64,000 nucleotides of DNA from contig OZ024743.1 in NCBI GenBank assembly GCA_964016885.1, forward strand, positions 205,840,001 to 205,904,000. The letters are read 5' to 3'. The translations under genes were made by a program, and so were the position numbers. This document shows positions 25,901-40,900 of the stretch, one piece after another (positions within the stretch are counted from its first letter, which is position 1; the number at the start of each line of letters is the position of its first letter). Under the pieces are notes generated by a model, which was not told the origin of the DNA, did not search any database, and saw only the letters and a program-made list of their open reading frames with translations. The stretch comes from Eledone cirrhosa. Lineage: Eukaryota.

Positions 25901-28900
25901 TCTGCACTTGATTTTGTTTTTACAAATTATCTTCCCCTGATTTTTTTTACAAATTATCTCCACCTGATTTTTTAAAAAATTATCTCTCCTTGGACGGCTG
26001 GAAATTATCTCCCCTTGGCTGGAAATTATCTCCCCTTGGACGGCTAGAAATTATCTCTCTTTGGACGGCTGGAAATTATCTCCCCTTGATTTTTTTACAA
26101 ATTATCTCCCCCAGATTTTTTTTACAAATCTCCCAGTGATTTTTTTAAAAAAATTATCTCCCCTTCGCTGGCTGGAAATTATCTCCCCTTGGACGCTGGA
26201 AATTATAGCCCCTTGGAGGGCTGGAAGTTATCTTCGCTTCGAGGGCTGGAAATTATCTTCCCTTGGACGGCTAGAAATTATCTCCCCTTGATTTTTTTTA
26301 CAAATTATCTCCCCCTGATTTTTTTTTTACAAATTATCTCCGCCTGATTTTTTTTTTAAATTATCTCCCCTTGGACGGCTGGAAATTATCTCCCCTTGGA
26401 CGGCTGGAAATTATCTCCCCTTGGACGGCTAGAAATTACGTCTCCTTGGACGGCTGAAAATTATCTCCCCTTGGACGGCTGGAAATTATCTCCCCTTGAT
26501 TTTTTTTTACAAATTGTCTCCCCCTGATTTTTTTTTACAAATTATCTCCCCCTGTTTTTTTTTACAAATTATTTCCCCCTGATTATTTTACAAATTATCT
26601 CCGCCTGATTTTTTTAATTATCTTCCCTTGGCTGGCGGGAAATTATCTCCCCTTGGACGCCTGGAAATTATCTCCCCTTGGAAGGATGGAAATTATCTCC
26701 CCTTGGACGGCTGGAAATTATCTGCACTTGATTTTGTTTTTACAAATTATCTTCCCCTGATTTTTTTTACAAATTATCTCCACCTGATTTTTTAAAAAAT
26801 TATCTCTCCTTGGACGGCTGGAAATTATCTCCCCTTGGCTGGAAATTATCTCCCCTTGGACGGCTAGAAATTATCTCTCTTTGGACGGCTGGAAATTATC
26901 TCCCCTTGATTTTTTTACAAATTATCTCCCCCAGATTTTTTTTACAAATCTCCCAGTGATTTTTTTAAAAAAATTATCTCCCCTTCGCTGGCTGGAAATT
27001 ATCTCCCCTTGGACGCTGGAAATTATAGCCCCTTGGAGGGCTGGAAGTTATCTTCGCTTCGAGGGCTGGAAATTATCTTCCCTTGGACGGCTAGAAATTA
27101 TCTCCCCTTGATTTTTTTTACAAATTATCTCCCCCTGATTTTTTTTTTACAAATTATCTCCGCCTGATTTTTTTTTTAAATTATCTCCCCTTGGACGGCT
27201 GGAAATTATCTCCCCTTGGACGGCTGGAAATTATCTCCCCTTGGACGGCTAGAAATTACGTCTCCTTGGACGGCTGAAAATTATCTCCCCTTGGACGGCT
27301 GGAAATTATCTCCCCTTGATTTTTTTTTACAAATTGTCTCCCCCTGATTTTTTTTTACAAATTATCTCCCCCTGATTTTTTTTTACAAATTATCTCCCCC
27401 TGATTTTTTTTACAAATCTCCCCCTAATTTAAAAAAAAATTATCTCCCCTTCGCTGGCTGGAAATTATCTCCCTTTGGACGGCTGGAAATTATAGCTGCT
27501 TGTAGGGCTGGAAATTATCTCCCCTTGGACGGCTGGAAATTATCTCCCCTTGATTTTTTTTACTAATTATCTCCCCCTGATTTTTTTTTACAAATATCTC
27601 CCCTTGGCTGCCTCGAAATTATCTCCCCTTGGCAGGCTGGAAATGATCTCCCCTTGGACGGCTGGAAATTATCTCCCCTTGAACGGCTGGAAATTATCTC
27701 CCCTTGGACGGCTGGAAATTATCTCCCCTTGGACGGCTGGAAATTATCTCCCCTTGGACGGCTAGAAATTACCTCTCCTTGGACGGCTGGATATTATCTC
27801 CCCTTGGACGGCTGGAAATTATCTCCCCTTGGACGGCTGGAAATTATTTCCCCTTGATTTTTTTTACAAATCATCTCCCCCTGATTTTTTTTACAAATCT
27901 CCCCCTAATTTAAAAAAAAATTATCTCCCCTTCGCTGGCTGGAAATTATCTCCCTTTGGACGGCTGGAAATTATAGCTGCTTGTAGGGCTGGAAATTATC
28001 TCCCCTTGGACGGCTGGAAATTATCTCCCCTTGATTTTTTTTTACTATTTATCTCCCCCTGATTTTTTTTTACAAATATCTCCCCTTGGCTGCCTGGAAA
28101 TTATCTCCCCTTGGCAGGCTGGAAATGATCTCCCCTTGGACGGCTGGAAATTATCTCCCCTTGGACGCCTAGAAATTACCTCTCCTTGGTCAGCTGTAAA
28201 TTATCTCCCCTTGGACGGCTGGAAATTATCTCGCCTTGGACGGCTGGAAATTATCTCCCCTTGATTTTGTATACAAATTATCTCCCCCTGATTTTTTTTT
28301 ACAAATTATCTGCCCCTGATTATTTTTTTACAAATTAGCTCCGCCTGATTCTTTTTTAAAATTATCTCCCCTTGGACGGCTGGAAATTATCTCCCCTTGG
28401 ACGGCTGGAAATTATCTCCCCTTGAACGGCTAGAAATTACCTCTCCTTGGACGGCTGAAAATTATCTCCCCTTGGACGGCTGGAAATTATCGCCCCCTGA
28501 TTTTTTTTAACAAATTATCTCCACCTGATTTTTTTTACAAATCATCTCCGCCTGATTTTTTTAAGAAATTATCTCCCTTGGCTTGCTGGAAATTATCTTC
28601 CCTTGGACGGCTAGAAATTACCTCTCCTTGGACGGCTGGAAATTATGTCTCCTTGGACGGCTGGAAATTATCTCCCCTTGGACGGCTGGAAATTATCTCC
28701 CCTTGGACGGCTGGAAATTATCTCCCCTTGGACGGCTAGATATTACCTCTCCTTGGACGGCTGGAAATTATCTGCCCTTGGACGGCTGGAAATTATCTCC
28801 CCTTGGACGGCTGGAAATTATTTCCCCTTGATTTTTTTTACAGATTATCTCCCCCTGATTTTTTTTTACAAATCTCCCCCTAATTTAAAAAAAAATTATC

Positions 28901-31900
28901 TCCCCTTCGCTGGCTGGAAATTATCTTCCTTTGGACGGCTGGAAATTATAGCCGCTTGTAGGGCTGGAAATTATCTCCCCTTGGACGGCTGGAAATTATC
29001 TCCCCTTGATTTTTTTTACTAATTATCTTACCCTGAATTTTTTTTACAAATTATCTCCGCCTGATTTTTTTAAAAAAATTATCTCCCCTTGGCTGGATGG
29101 AAATTATCTCCCCTTGGACGGCTGGAAATTATCTCCCCTTGATTTCTTCTACAAAGTATCTACCCCTGATTTTTTTTTACAAATTATTTCTCCCTGATTT
29201 TTTTTTACAAATATCTCCCCTTGGCTGGCTGGAAATTACCTCCCCTTGGCTGTCTGGAAATTATCTCCCCCTGATATTTTTTTACAAATTAGCTCCCCCT
29301 GATTTTTTTTTACAAATTATCTCCCCCTGATTTTTTTTTACCAATCTACCCCTGATTTAAAAAAAAAATTATCTCCCCTTCGCTGGCTGGAAATTATCTC
29401 CCCTTGGACGGCTGGAAATTATCTCCCCTTGGAAGGATGGAAATTATCTCCCCTTGGACGGCTGGAAATTATCTCCCCTTGCACGGCTGGAAATTATCTC
29501 CCCTTGGACGGCTAGAAATTACCTCTCCTTGGACGGCTGAAAATTATCTCCCCTTGGACGGCTGGAAATTATCTCCCCCTGATTTTTTTTAAAAATTATC
29601 TCCCCTTGCACGGCTGGAAATTATCTCCCCTTGGACGGCTGGAAATTATCTGCCCTTGATTTTGTTTTTACAAATTATCTCCCCCTGATTTTTTTTACAA
29701 ATTATCTCCACCTGATATTTAAAAAAATTATCTCCCCTTGGACGGCTGGAAATTATCTCCCCTTGGCTGGAAATTATCTCCCCTTCGCTGGCTGGAAATT
29801 ATCTCCCCTTGGACGCTGGAAATTAGAGCCCCTTGGAGGCTGGAAATTATCTTCCCTTGGACGGCTGGAAATTATCTCCCCTTGATTTTTTTTACAAATT
29901 ATCTCCCCCTGATTTTTTTTTTACAAATTATCTCCGCCTGATTTTTTTTTTTAAATTATCTCCCCTTGGACGGCTGGAAATTATCTCCCCTTGGACGGCT
30001 GGAAATTATCTCCCCTTGGACGGCTAGAATTTACCTCTCCTTGGACGGCTGAAAATTATCTCCCCTTGATTTTTTTTACAAATTATCTCCCCCTGATTTT
30101 TTTTTTTACAAATTATCTCCCCCTGATTTTATTTTACATATTATCTACCCCTGATTTTTTTTTACAAATTATCTCCGCCTGATTTTTTTACAAATTATCT
30201 CCCCCTGATTTTTTTAAAAATTATCTCCCCCTGATTTATTTTACAAATTATCTCCGCCTGATTTTTTTAAATATTATCTTCCCTTGGCTGGCGGGAAATA
30301 ATCTCCCCTTGGACGGCTGGAAATTATCTCCCCTTGGAAGGATGGAAATTATCTCCCCTTGGACGGCTGGAAATTATCTCCCCTTGCACGGCTGGAAATT
30401 ATCTTCCCTTGGACGGCTAGAAATTATCTCTCTTTGGACGGCTGGAAATTATCTCCCCTTGATTTTTTTTACAAATTATCTCCCCCTGATTTTTTTTACA
30501 AATCTCCCAGTGATTTTTTAAAAAAAATAATCTCCCTTTCGCTGGCTGGAAATTATCTCCCCTTGGACGCTGGAAATTATAGCCCCTTGGAGGGCTGGAA
30601 ATTATCTTCCCTCGGACGGCTGGAAATTATCTCCCCTTGATTTTTTTTACATATTATCTCCCCCTGATTTTTTTTTACAAATTATCTCCCCGATTTTTTT
30701 TTACAAATTATCTCCCCCTGATTTTTTTTTTACAAATTATCTCCGCCTGATTTTTAAAAAAAAATTATCTCCCCTTGGACGGCTGGAAATTATCTCCCCT
30801 TGAACGGCTGGAAATTATCTCCCCTTGGACGGCTGGAAATTATTTCCCCTTGATTTTTTTTACAAATTATCTCCCCCTGATTTTTTTTACAAATCTCCCC
30901 CTAATTTAAAAATAAATTATCTCCCCTTCGCTGGCTGGAAATTATCTCCCTTTGGACGGCTCGAAATTATAGCTGCTTGTAGGGCTGGAAATTATCTCCC
31001 CTTGGACGGCTGGAAATTATCTCCCCTTGATTTTTTTTACTAATTATCTCCCCCTGATTTTTTTTTACAAATTATCTCCGCCTGATTTTTTTTTAAAAAT
31101 TATCTCCCTGGATGGAAATTTTCTCCCCTTGGACGGCTGGAAATTATCTCCCCTTTATGTCTTCTACAAATTATCTACCCCTGATTTTTTTTTTACAAAT
31201 TATCTCTCCCTGATTTTTTTTACAAATATCTCGCCTAGGCTGGCTGGAAATTATCTCCCCTTGGCTGACTGGAAATTATCTCCCCTTGGACGGCTGGAAA
31301 TTATCTCCCCTTGGACGCCTAGAAATTACCTCTCCTTGGACAGCTGTAAATTATCTCCCCTTGGACGGCTGTAAATTATCTCCCCTTGGACGGCTGGAAA
31401 TTATCTCCCCTTGATTTTGTATACAAATTATCTCCCCCTGATTTTTTTTTACAAATTATCTGCCCTTGATTATTTTTTTACAAATTAGCAACGCCTGATT
31501 TTTTTAAAAAATTATCTCCCCTTGGACGGCTGGAAATTATCTCCCCTTGGACGGCTGGAAATTATCTCCCCTTGAACGGCTAGAAATTACCTCTCTTTGG
31601 ACGGCTGAAAATTATCTCCCCTTGGACGGCTGGAAATTATCTCCCCTTGAATTTTTTACAAATTATCTCCCCCTTATTTTTTTTTACAAATTATCTCCCC
31701 CTGATTTTTTTTTACAAATTATCTACCCCTGATTTTTTTTCCAGATTATCTCCCCCTGATTTTTTTTTACAAATTATCTCCCCCTGTTTTTTTTTACAAA
31801 TTATTTCCCCCTGATTTTTTTACAAATTATCTCCCCCTGATTTTTTTTACAAATTATCTCCGCCTGATTTTTTTAAATATTATCTTCCCTTGGCTGGCGG

Positions 31901-34900
31901 GAAATTATCTCCCCTTGGACGCCTGGAAATTATCTCCCCTTGGAAGGATGGAAATTATCTCCCCTTGGACGGCTGGAAATTATCTCCCCTTGCACTGCTG
32001 GAAATTATCTCCCCTTGGACGGCTGGAAATTATCTGCCCTTGATTTTGTTTTTACAAATTATCTTCCCCTGATTTTTTTTACAAATTATCTCCACCTGAT
32101 TTTTTAAAAAATTATCTCCCCTTGGACGGCTGGAAATTATCTCCCCTTGGCTGGAAATTATCTCCCCTTGGACGGCTAGAAATTATCTCTCTTTGGACGG
32201 CTGTAAATTATCTCCCCTTGATTTTTTTTACAAATTATCTCCCCCTGATTTTTTTTACAAATCTCCCAGTGATTTTTTAAAAAAATTATCTCCCCTTCGC
32301 TGGCTGGAAATTATCTCCCCTTGGACGCTGGAAATTATAGCCCCTTGGAGGGCTGGAAGTTATCTTCCCTTGGAGGGCTGGAAATTATCTTCCCTTGGAC
32401 GGCTGGAAATTATCTCCCCTTGATTTTTTTTACAAATTATCTCCCACTGATTTTTTTTTACAAATTATCTCCCCCTGATTTTTTTTTTACAAATTATCTC
32501 CGCCTGATTTTTTTTAAAAATTATCTCCCCTTGGACGGCTGGAAATTATCTCCCCTTGGACGGCTGGAAATTATATCCCCTTGGACGGCTAGAAATTACC
32601 TCTCCTTGGACGGCTGAAAATTATCTCCCCTTGGACGGCTGGAAATTATCTCCCCTTGATTTTTTTTACAAATTATCTCCCCCTGATTTTTTTTACAAAT
32701 TATCTCCCCCTGATTTTTTTTTACAAATTATCTCCCCCTGATTTTTTTTTACAAATTATCTCCCCCTGATTTTTTTACAAATTATCTCCCCTTGGCTGGC
32801 TGGAAATTATCTCCCCTTGGAGGCTGGAATTTATCTCCCCTTGGAGGGCTGGAAATTATCTCCCCTTGGACGGCTAGAAATTACCTCTCCTTGGACGGCT
32901 GGAAATTATCTCCCCTTGAACGGCTGGAAATTATTTCCCCTTGGACGGCTGGAAATTATCTCCCCTTGAACGGCTGGAAATTATCTCCCCTTGGACGGCT
33001 AGAAATTACCTCTCTTTGGACGGCTGGAAATTATCTCCCCTTGGACGGCTGGAAATTATCTCCCCTTGGACGGCTGGAAATTATTTCCCCTTGATTTTTT
33101 TTACAAATTATCTCTCCCTGATTTTTTTTAAAAATATCCCCCTAATTTAAAAAAAAATTATCTCCCCTTCGCTGGCTGGAAATTATCTCCCTTTGGACGG
33201 CTGGAAATTATAGCTGCTTGTCGGGCTAGAAATTATCTCCCCTTGGACGGCTGGAAATTATCTCCCCTTGATTTTTTTTACTAATTATCTACCCCTGATT
33301 TTTTTTTACAAATTATCTCCGCCTGATTTTTTTTTAAAAATTATCTCCCCTTGGCTGGATGGAAATTTTCTCCCCTTGGACGGCTGGAAATTATCTCCCC
33401 TTGATGTCTTCTACAAATTATCTACCCCTGATTTTTTTTTTACAAATCATCTCTCCCTGATTTTTTTTACAAATATCTCCCCTTGGCTGGCTGGAAATTA
33501 TCTCCCCTTGGCTGGCTGGAAATTATCTCCCCTTGGACGGCTGGAAATTATCTCCCCTTGGACGCCTAGAAATTACCTCTCCTTGGACAGCTGTAAATTA
33601 TCTCCCCTTGGACGGCTGGAAATTCTCTCGCCTTGGACGGCTGGAAATTATCTCCCCTTGGACGGCTATAAATTATCTCTCCTTCGACGGCTGGAAATTA
33701 TCTCCCCTTGATTTTTTTACAAATTATCTCCCCCTGATTTTTTTTTACCAATCTACCCCTGATTTAAAAAAAAAATTATCTCCTCTTCGCTAGCTGGAAA
33801 TTATCTCCCCTTGGACGGCTGGAAATTATCTCCCCTTGATTTATTTTACAAATTATCTACCCTGATTTTTTTACAAATTATCTCCCCCTGATTTTTTTTT
33901 ACAAATTATCTCCCCCTGATTTTTTTTTTACAAATTATCTCCGCCTGATTTTTTTAAAATTATCTCCCCTTGGCTGGATGGAAATTATCTCCCCTTGGAC
34001 GGCTGGAAATTATCTCCCCTTGCACGGCTGGAAATTATCTTCCCTTGGACGGCTAGAAATTACCTCTCCTTGGACGGCTGAAAATTATCTCCCCTTGGAC
34101 AGCTGGAAATTATCTCCCCCTGATTTTTTTTACAAATTATCTCCCCTTGCACGGCTGGAAATTATCTCCCCTTGGACGGCTGGAAATTATCTCCCCTTGA
34201 TTTATTTTACAAATTATCTACCCTGATTTTTTTACAAATTATCTCCCCCTGATTTTTTTTACAAATTATCTCCACCTGATATTTTAAAAAATTATCTCCC
34301 TTGGACGGGTGGAAATTATCTCCCCTTGGACGGCTTGAAATTATCTCCCCTTGGACGGCTAGAAATTACCTCTCCTTGGACGGCTGAAAATTATCTCCCC
34401 TTGATTTTTTTTACAAATTATCTCCCCCTGATTTTTTTTTTTACAAATTATCTCCCCCTGATTTTATTTTACATATTATCTACCCCTGATTTTTTTTTAC
34501 AAATTATCTCCACCTGATCTTTTTTACAAATTATCTCCCCCTGATTTTTTTTTTACAAATTATCTCCCCCTGATTTTTTTACAAATTATCTCCCCCTAAT
34601 TTATTTTACAAATTATCTCCGCCTGATTTTTTTAAATATTAACTTCCCTTGGCTGGCGGGAAATAATCTCCCCTTGGAAGGATGGAAATTATCTCCCCTT
34701 GGACGGCTGGAAATTATCTCCCCTTGCACGGCTGGAAATTATCTCCCCTTGGACGGCTGGAAATTATCTCCCCTTGGCTGGAAATTATCTCCCCTTGGAC
34801 GGCTAGAAATTATCTCTCTTTGGACGGCTGGAAATTATCTCCCCTTGATTTTTTTTACAAATTATCTCCCCCTGATTTTTTTTACAAATCTCCCAGTGAT

Positions 34901-37900
34901 TTTTTAAAAAAAATTATCTCCCTTTCGCTGGCTGGAAATTATCTCCCCTTGGACGCTGGAAATTATAGCCCCTTGGAGGGCTGGAAATTATCTTCCCTTG
35001 GACGGCTGGAAATTATCTCCCCTTGATTTTTTTTACATATTATCTCCCCCTGATTTTTTTTTACAAATTATCTCCCCGATTTTTTTTTACAAATTATCTC
35101 CCCCTGATTTTTTTTTTACAAATTATCTCCGCCTGATTTTTTTTTTAAATTATCTCCCCTTGGACGGCTGGAAATTATCTCCCCTTGGACGGCTGGAAAT
35201 TATCTCCCCTTGGACGGCTAGAAATTACCTCTCCTTGGACGGCTGAAAATTATCTCCCCTTGGACGGCTGGAAATTATCTCCCCTTGATTTTTTTTACAA
35301 ATTATCTCCCCCTGATTTTTTTTTACAAATTATCTCCCCCTGATTTTTTTTTTATAAATTATCTCCCCCTGATTTTTTTTACAAATTATCTCCCCCTGAT
35401 TTTTTTACAAATTATCTCCCCTTGGCTGGCTGGAAATTATCTCCCCTTGGAGGCTGGAATTTATCTCCCCTTGGACGGCTGGAAATTATCTCCCCTTGGA
35501 CGGCTAGAAATTACCTCTCCTTGGACGGCTGGAAATTATCTCCCCTTGAACGGCTGGAAATTATCTCCCCTTGGACGGCTGGAAATTATCTCCCCTTGGA
35601 CGGCTGGAAATTATCTCCCCTTGGACGGCTAGAAATTACCTCTCCTTGGACGGCTGGAAATTATCTCCCCTTGGACAGCTGGAAATTATCTCCCCTTGGA
35701 CGGCTGGAAATGATTTCCCCTTGATTTTTTTTTTCAAATTTTCTCCCCCTGATTTTTTTTACAAATCTCCCCCTAATTTAAAAAAAAATTATCTCCCCTT
35801 CGCTGGCTGGAAATTATCTCCCTTTGGACGGCTGGAAATTATAGCTGCTTGTAGGGCTAGAAATTATCTCCCCTTGGACGGCTGGAAATTATCTCCCCTT
35901 GATTTTTTTTACTAATTATCTCCCCCTGATTTTTTTTTACAAATATCTCCCCTTGGCTGCCTGGAAATTATCTCCCCTTGGCAGGCTGGAAATGATCTCC
36001 CCTTGGACGGCTGGAAATTATCTCCTCTTGGACGCCTAGAAATTACCTCTCCTTGGACAGCTGTAAATTATCTCCCCTTGGACGGCTGGAAATTATCTCG
36101 CCTTGGACGGCTGGAAATTATCTCCCCTTGATTTTGTATACAAATTATCTCCCCCTGATTTTTTTTTACAAATTATCTGCCCCTGATTATTTTTTTACAA
36201 ATTAGCTCCGCCTGATTTTTTTTTAAAATTATCTCCCCTTGGACGGCTGGAAATTATAGCCCCTTGGAGGGCTGGAAATTATCTTCCCTTGGACGGCTGG
36301 AAATTATCTCCCCTTGATTTTTTTTACAAATTATCTCCCCCTGATTTTTTTTACAAATTATCTCCCCCTGATTTTTTTTTACAAATTATCTCCCCCTGAT
36401 TTTTTTACAAATTATCTCCCCCTGATTTTTTTTTCAAATTATCTCCGCCTGATTTTTTTAAATATTATCTTCCCTTGGCTGGCGGGAAATTATCTCCCCT
36501 TGGACGGCTGGAAATTATCTCCCCTTGGAAGGATGGAAATTATCTCCCCTTGGACGGCTGGAAATTATCTCCCCTTGCACTGCTGGAAATTATCTCCCCT
36601 TGGACGGCTGGAAATTATCTCCCCTTGGCTGAAAATTATCTCCCCTTGGACGGCTAGAAATTATCTCTCTTTGGACGGCTGGAAATTATCTCCCCTTGAT
36701 TTTTTTACAAATTATCTCCCCCTGATTTTTTTACAAATCTCCCAGTATTTTTTTTTAAAATTATCTCCCCTTCGCTGGCTGGAAATTATCTCCCCTTGGA
36801 CGCTGGAAATTATAGCCCCTTGGAGGGCTGGAAATTATCTTCCCTTGGACGGCTGGAAATTATCTCCCCTTGATTTTTTTTACAAATTATCTCCCCCTGA
36901 TTTTTTTTACAAATTATCTCCCCCTGATTTTTTTTTACAAATTATCTCCCCCTGATTTTTTTTACACCTTATCTCCGCCTGATTTTTTAAAAAAAATTAT
37001 CTCCCCTTGGACGGCTAGAAATTACCTCTCCTTGGACGGCTGAAAATTATCTCCCCTTGGACGGCTGGAAATTATCTCCCCTTGATTTTTTTTACAAATT
37101 ATCTCCCCCTGATTTTTTTTTACAAATTATCTCCCCCTGATTTTTTTTACAAATTATCTCCCCCTGATTTTTTTTTACAAATTATCTCCCCCTGATTTTT
37201 TTTACAAATTATATCCCCTTGGCTGGCTGGAAATTATCTCCCCTTGGAGGCTGGAATTTATCTCCCCTTGGACGGCTAGAAATTACCTCTCCTTGGACGG
37301 CTGGAAATTATGTCTCCTTGGACGGCTAGAAATTACCTCTCCTTGGACGGCTGAAAATTATCTCCCCTTGGACGGCTGGAAATTATCTCCCCTTGATTTT
37401 TTTTACAAATTATCTCCCCCTGATTTTTTTTTACAAATTATCTCCCCCTGATTTTTTTTACAAATTATCTCCCCCTGATTTTTTTTTACAAATTATCTCC
37501 CCCTGATTTTTTTTACAAATTATATCCCCTTGGCTGGCTGGAAATTATCTCCCCTTGGAGGCTGGAATTTATCTCCCCTTGGACGGCTAGAAATTACCTC
37601 TCCTTGGACGGCTGGAAATTATGTCTCCTTGGACGGCTGGAAATTATCTCCCCTTGGACGGCTGGAAATTATCTCCCCTTGGACGGCTGGAAATTATCTC
37701 CCCTTGGACGGCTAGATATTACCTCTCCTTGGACGGCTGGAAATTATCTGCCCTTGGACGGCTGGAAATTATCTCCCCTTGGACGGCTGGAAATTATTTC
37801 CCCTTGATTTTTTTTACAAATTATCTCCCGCTGATTTTTTTTTACAAATCTCCACCTAATTAAAAAAAAAATTATCTCCCCTTCGCTGGCTGGAAATTAT

Positions 37901-40900
37901 CTTGCTTTGGACGGCTGGAAATTATAGCCGCTTGTAGGGCTGGAAATTATCTCCCCTTGGACGGCTGGAAATTATCTCCCCTTGATTTTTTTTACTAAGT
38001 ATCTCACCCTGATTTTTTTTTACAAGTTATCTCCGCCTGATTTTTTAAAAAAAATTATCTCCCCTTGGCTGGATGGAAATTATCTCCCCTTGGACGGCTG
38101 GAAATTATCTTCCCTTGATTTCTTCTACAAATTATCTACCCCTGATTTTTTTTTTACAAATTATCTCTCCCTGATTTTTTTTTACAAATATCTCTCCTTG
38201 GCTGGCTGGAAATTATCTCCCCTTGGCTGGCTGGAAATTATCTCCCCCTGATATTTTTTTACAAATTAGCTCCCCCTGATTTTTTTTACAAATTATCTCC
38301 CCCTGATTTTTTTCACAAATTATCTCCCCCTGATTTTTTTTACAAATTATCTCCCCTGATTTGAAAAAAAAAATTATCTCCCCTTGGACGGCTGGAAATT
38401 ATCTCCCCTTGGACGGCTGGAAATTATCGCCCCCTGATTTTTTTTTTACAAATTATCTCCACCTGATTTTTTTTACAAATCATCTCAGCCTGATTTTTTT
38501 AAAATATTATCTCCCTTGGCTTGCTGGAAATTATCTCCCCTTGGACGGCTATAAATTATCTCTCCTTCGACCGCTGGAAATTATCTCCCCTTGATTTTTT
38601 TACAAATTATCTCCCCCTGATTTTTTTTTACCAATCAACCCCTGATTTAAAAACAAAAATTATCTCCCCTTCGCTGGCTGGAAATTATCTCCCCTTGGAC
38701 GGCTGGAAATTATCTCCCCTTGATTTTTTTTACAAATTATCTACCCCTGATTTTTTTACAAATTATCTCCCCCTGATTTTTTTTACAAATTATCTCCCCC
38801 TGATTTTTTTTTTACAAATTATCTCCGCCTGATTTTTTTAAAATTATCTCCCCTTGGCTGGATGGAAATTATCTCCACTTGGACGGCTGGAAATTATCTC
38901 CCCTTGGAAGGATGGAAATTATCTCCCCTTGGACGGCTGGAAATTATCTCCCCTTGCACGGCTGGAAATTATCTCCCCTTGGACGGCTAGAAATTACCTC
39001 TCCTTGGACGACTGAAAATTATCTTCCCTTGGACGGCTGGAAATTATGTCCACCTGATTTTTTTTTACAAATCATCTCCGCCTGATTTTTTTAAAAACTT
39101 ATCTCCCTTGGCTTGCTGGAAATTATCTCCCCTTGGACGGCTATAAATTATCTCTCCTTCGACGGCTGGAAATTATCTCCCCTTGATTTTTTTACAAATT
39201 ATCTCCCCCTGATTTTTTTTTAACAATCTACCCCTGATTTAAAAAAAAAATTATCTCTCCTTCGCTGGCTGGAAATTATCTCCCCTTGGACGGCTGGAAA
39301 TTATCTCCCCTTGATTTTTTTTACAAATTATCTACCCCTGATTTTTTTACAAATTATCTCCCCCTGATTTTTTTTTACAAATTATCTCCCCTTGATTTTT
39401 TTTTTTTACAAATTATCTCCGCCTGATTTTTTTAAAATTATCTCCCCTTGGCTGGATGGAAATTATCTCCCCTTGGACGGCTGGAAATTATCTCCCCTTG
39501 CACGGCTGGAAATTATCTTCCCTTGGACGGCTAGAAATTACCTCTCCTTGGACGGCTGAAAATTATCTCCCCTTGGACGGCTGGAAATTATCTCCCCCAG
39601 ATTTTTTTTACAAATTATCTCCCCTTGCACGGCTGGAAATTATCTCCCCTTGGACGGCTGGAAATTATCTGCCCTTGATTTTGTTTTTACAAATTATCTC
39701 CCCCTGATTTTTTTTACAAATTATCTCCACCTGATATTTTAAAAAATTATCTCCCCTTGGACGGCTGGAAATTATCTCCCCTTGGCTGGAAATTATCTCC
39801 CCTTGGACGGCTAGAAATTATCTCTCTTTGGACGGCTGGAAATTATCTCCCCTTGATTCTTTTTACAAATTATCTCCCCCTGATTTTTTTTACAAATCTC
39901 CCCCTAATTTAAAAAAAAATTATCTCCCCTTCGCTGGCTGGAAATTATCTCCCCTTGGACGCTGAAAATTATAGCCCCTTGGAGGCTGGAAATTATCTTC
40001 CCTTGGACGGCTGGAAATTATCTCCCCTTGATTTTTTTACAAATTATCTCCCCCTGATTTTTTTTTACAAATTATCTCCCCCTGATTTTTTTTTTACAAA
40101 TTATCTCCCCTTGGACGGGTGGAAATTATCTCCCCTTGGACGGCTTGAAATTATCTCCCCTTGGACGGCTAGAAATTACCTCTCCTTGGACGGCTGAAAA
40201 TTATCTCCCCTTGATTTTTTTTACAAATTATCTCCCCCTGATTTTTTTTTTTACAAATTATCTCCCCCTGATTTTATTTTACATATTATCTACCCGATTT
40301 TTTTTTACAAATTATCTCCACCTGATCTTTTTTACAAATTATCTCCCCCTGATTTTTTTTTTACAAATTATCTCCCCCTGATTTTTTTACAAATTATCTC
40401 CCCCTAATTTATTTTACAAATTATCTCCGCCTGATTTTTTTAAATATTATCTTCCCTTGGCTGGCGGGAAATAATCTCCCCTTGGACGGCTGGAAATTAT
40501 CTCCCCTTGGAAGGATGGAAATTATCTTCCCTTGGACGGCTGGAAATTATCTCCCCTTGCACGGCTGGAAATTATCTCACCTTGGACGGCTGGAAATTAT
40601 CTCCCCTTGGCTGGAAATTATCTCCCCTTGGATGGCTAGAAATTATCTCTCTTTGGACGGCTGGAAATTATCTCCCCTTGATTTTTTTTACAAATTATCT
40701 CCCCCTGATTTTTTTACAAATCTCCCAGTGATTTTTAAAAAAAAATTATCTCGCTTTCGCTGGCTGGAAATTATCTCCCCTTGGACGCTGGAAATTATAG
40801 CCCCTTGGAGGGCTGGAAATTATCTTCCCTTGGACGGCTGGAAATTATCTCCCCTTGATTTTTTTTACATATTATCTCCCCCTGATTTTTTTTACAACTT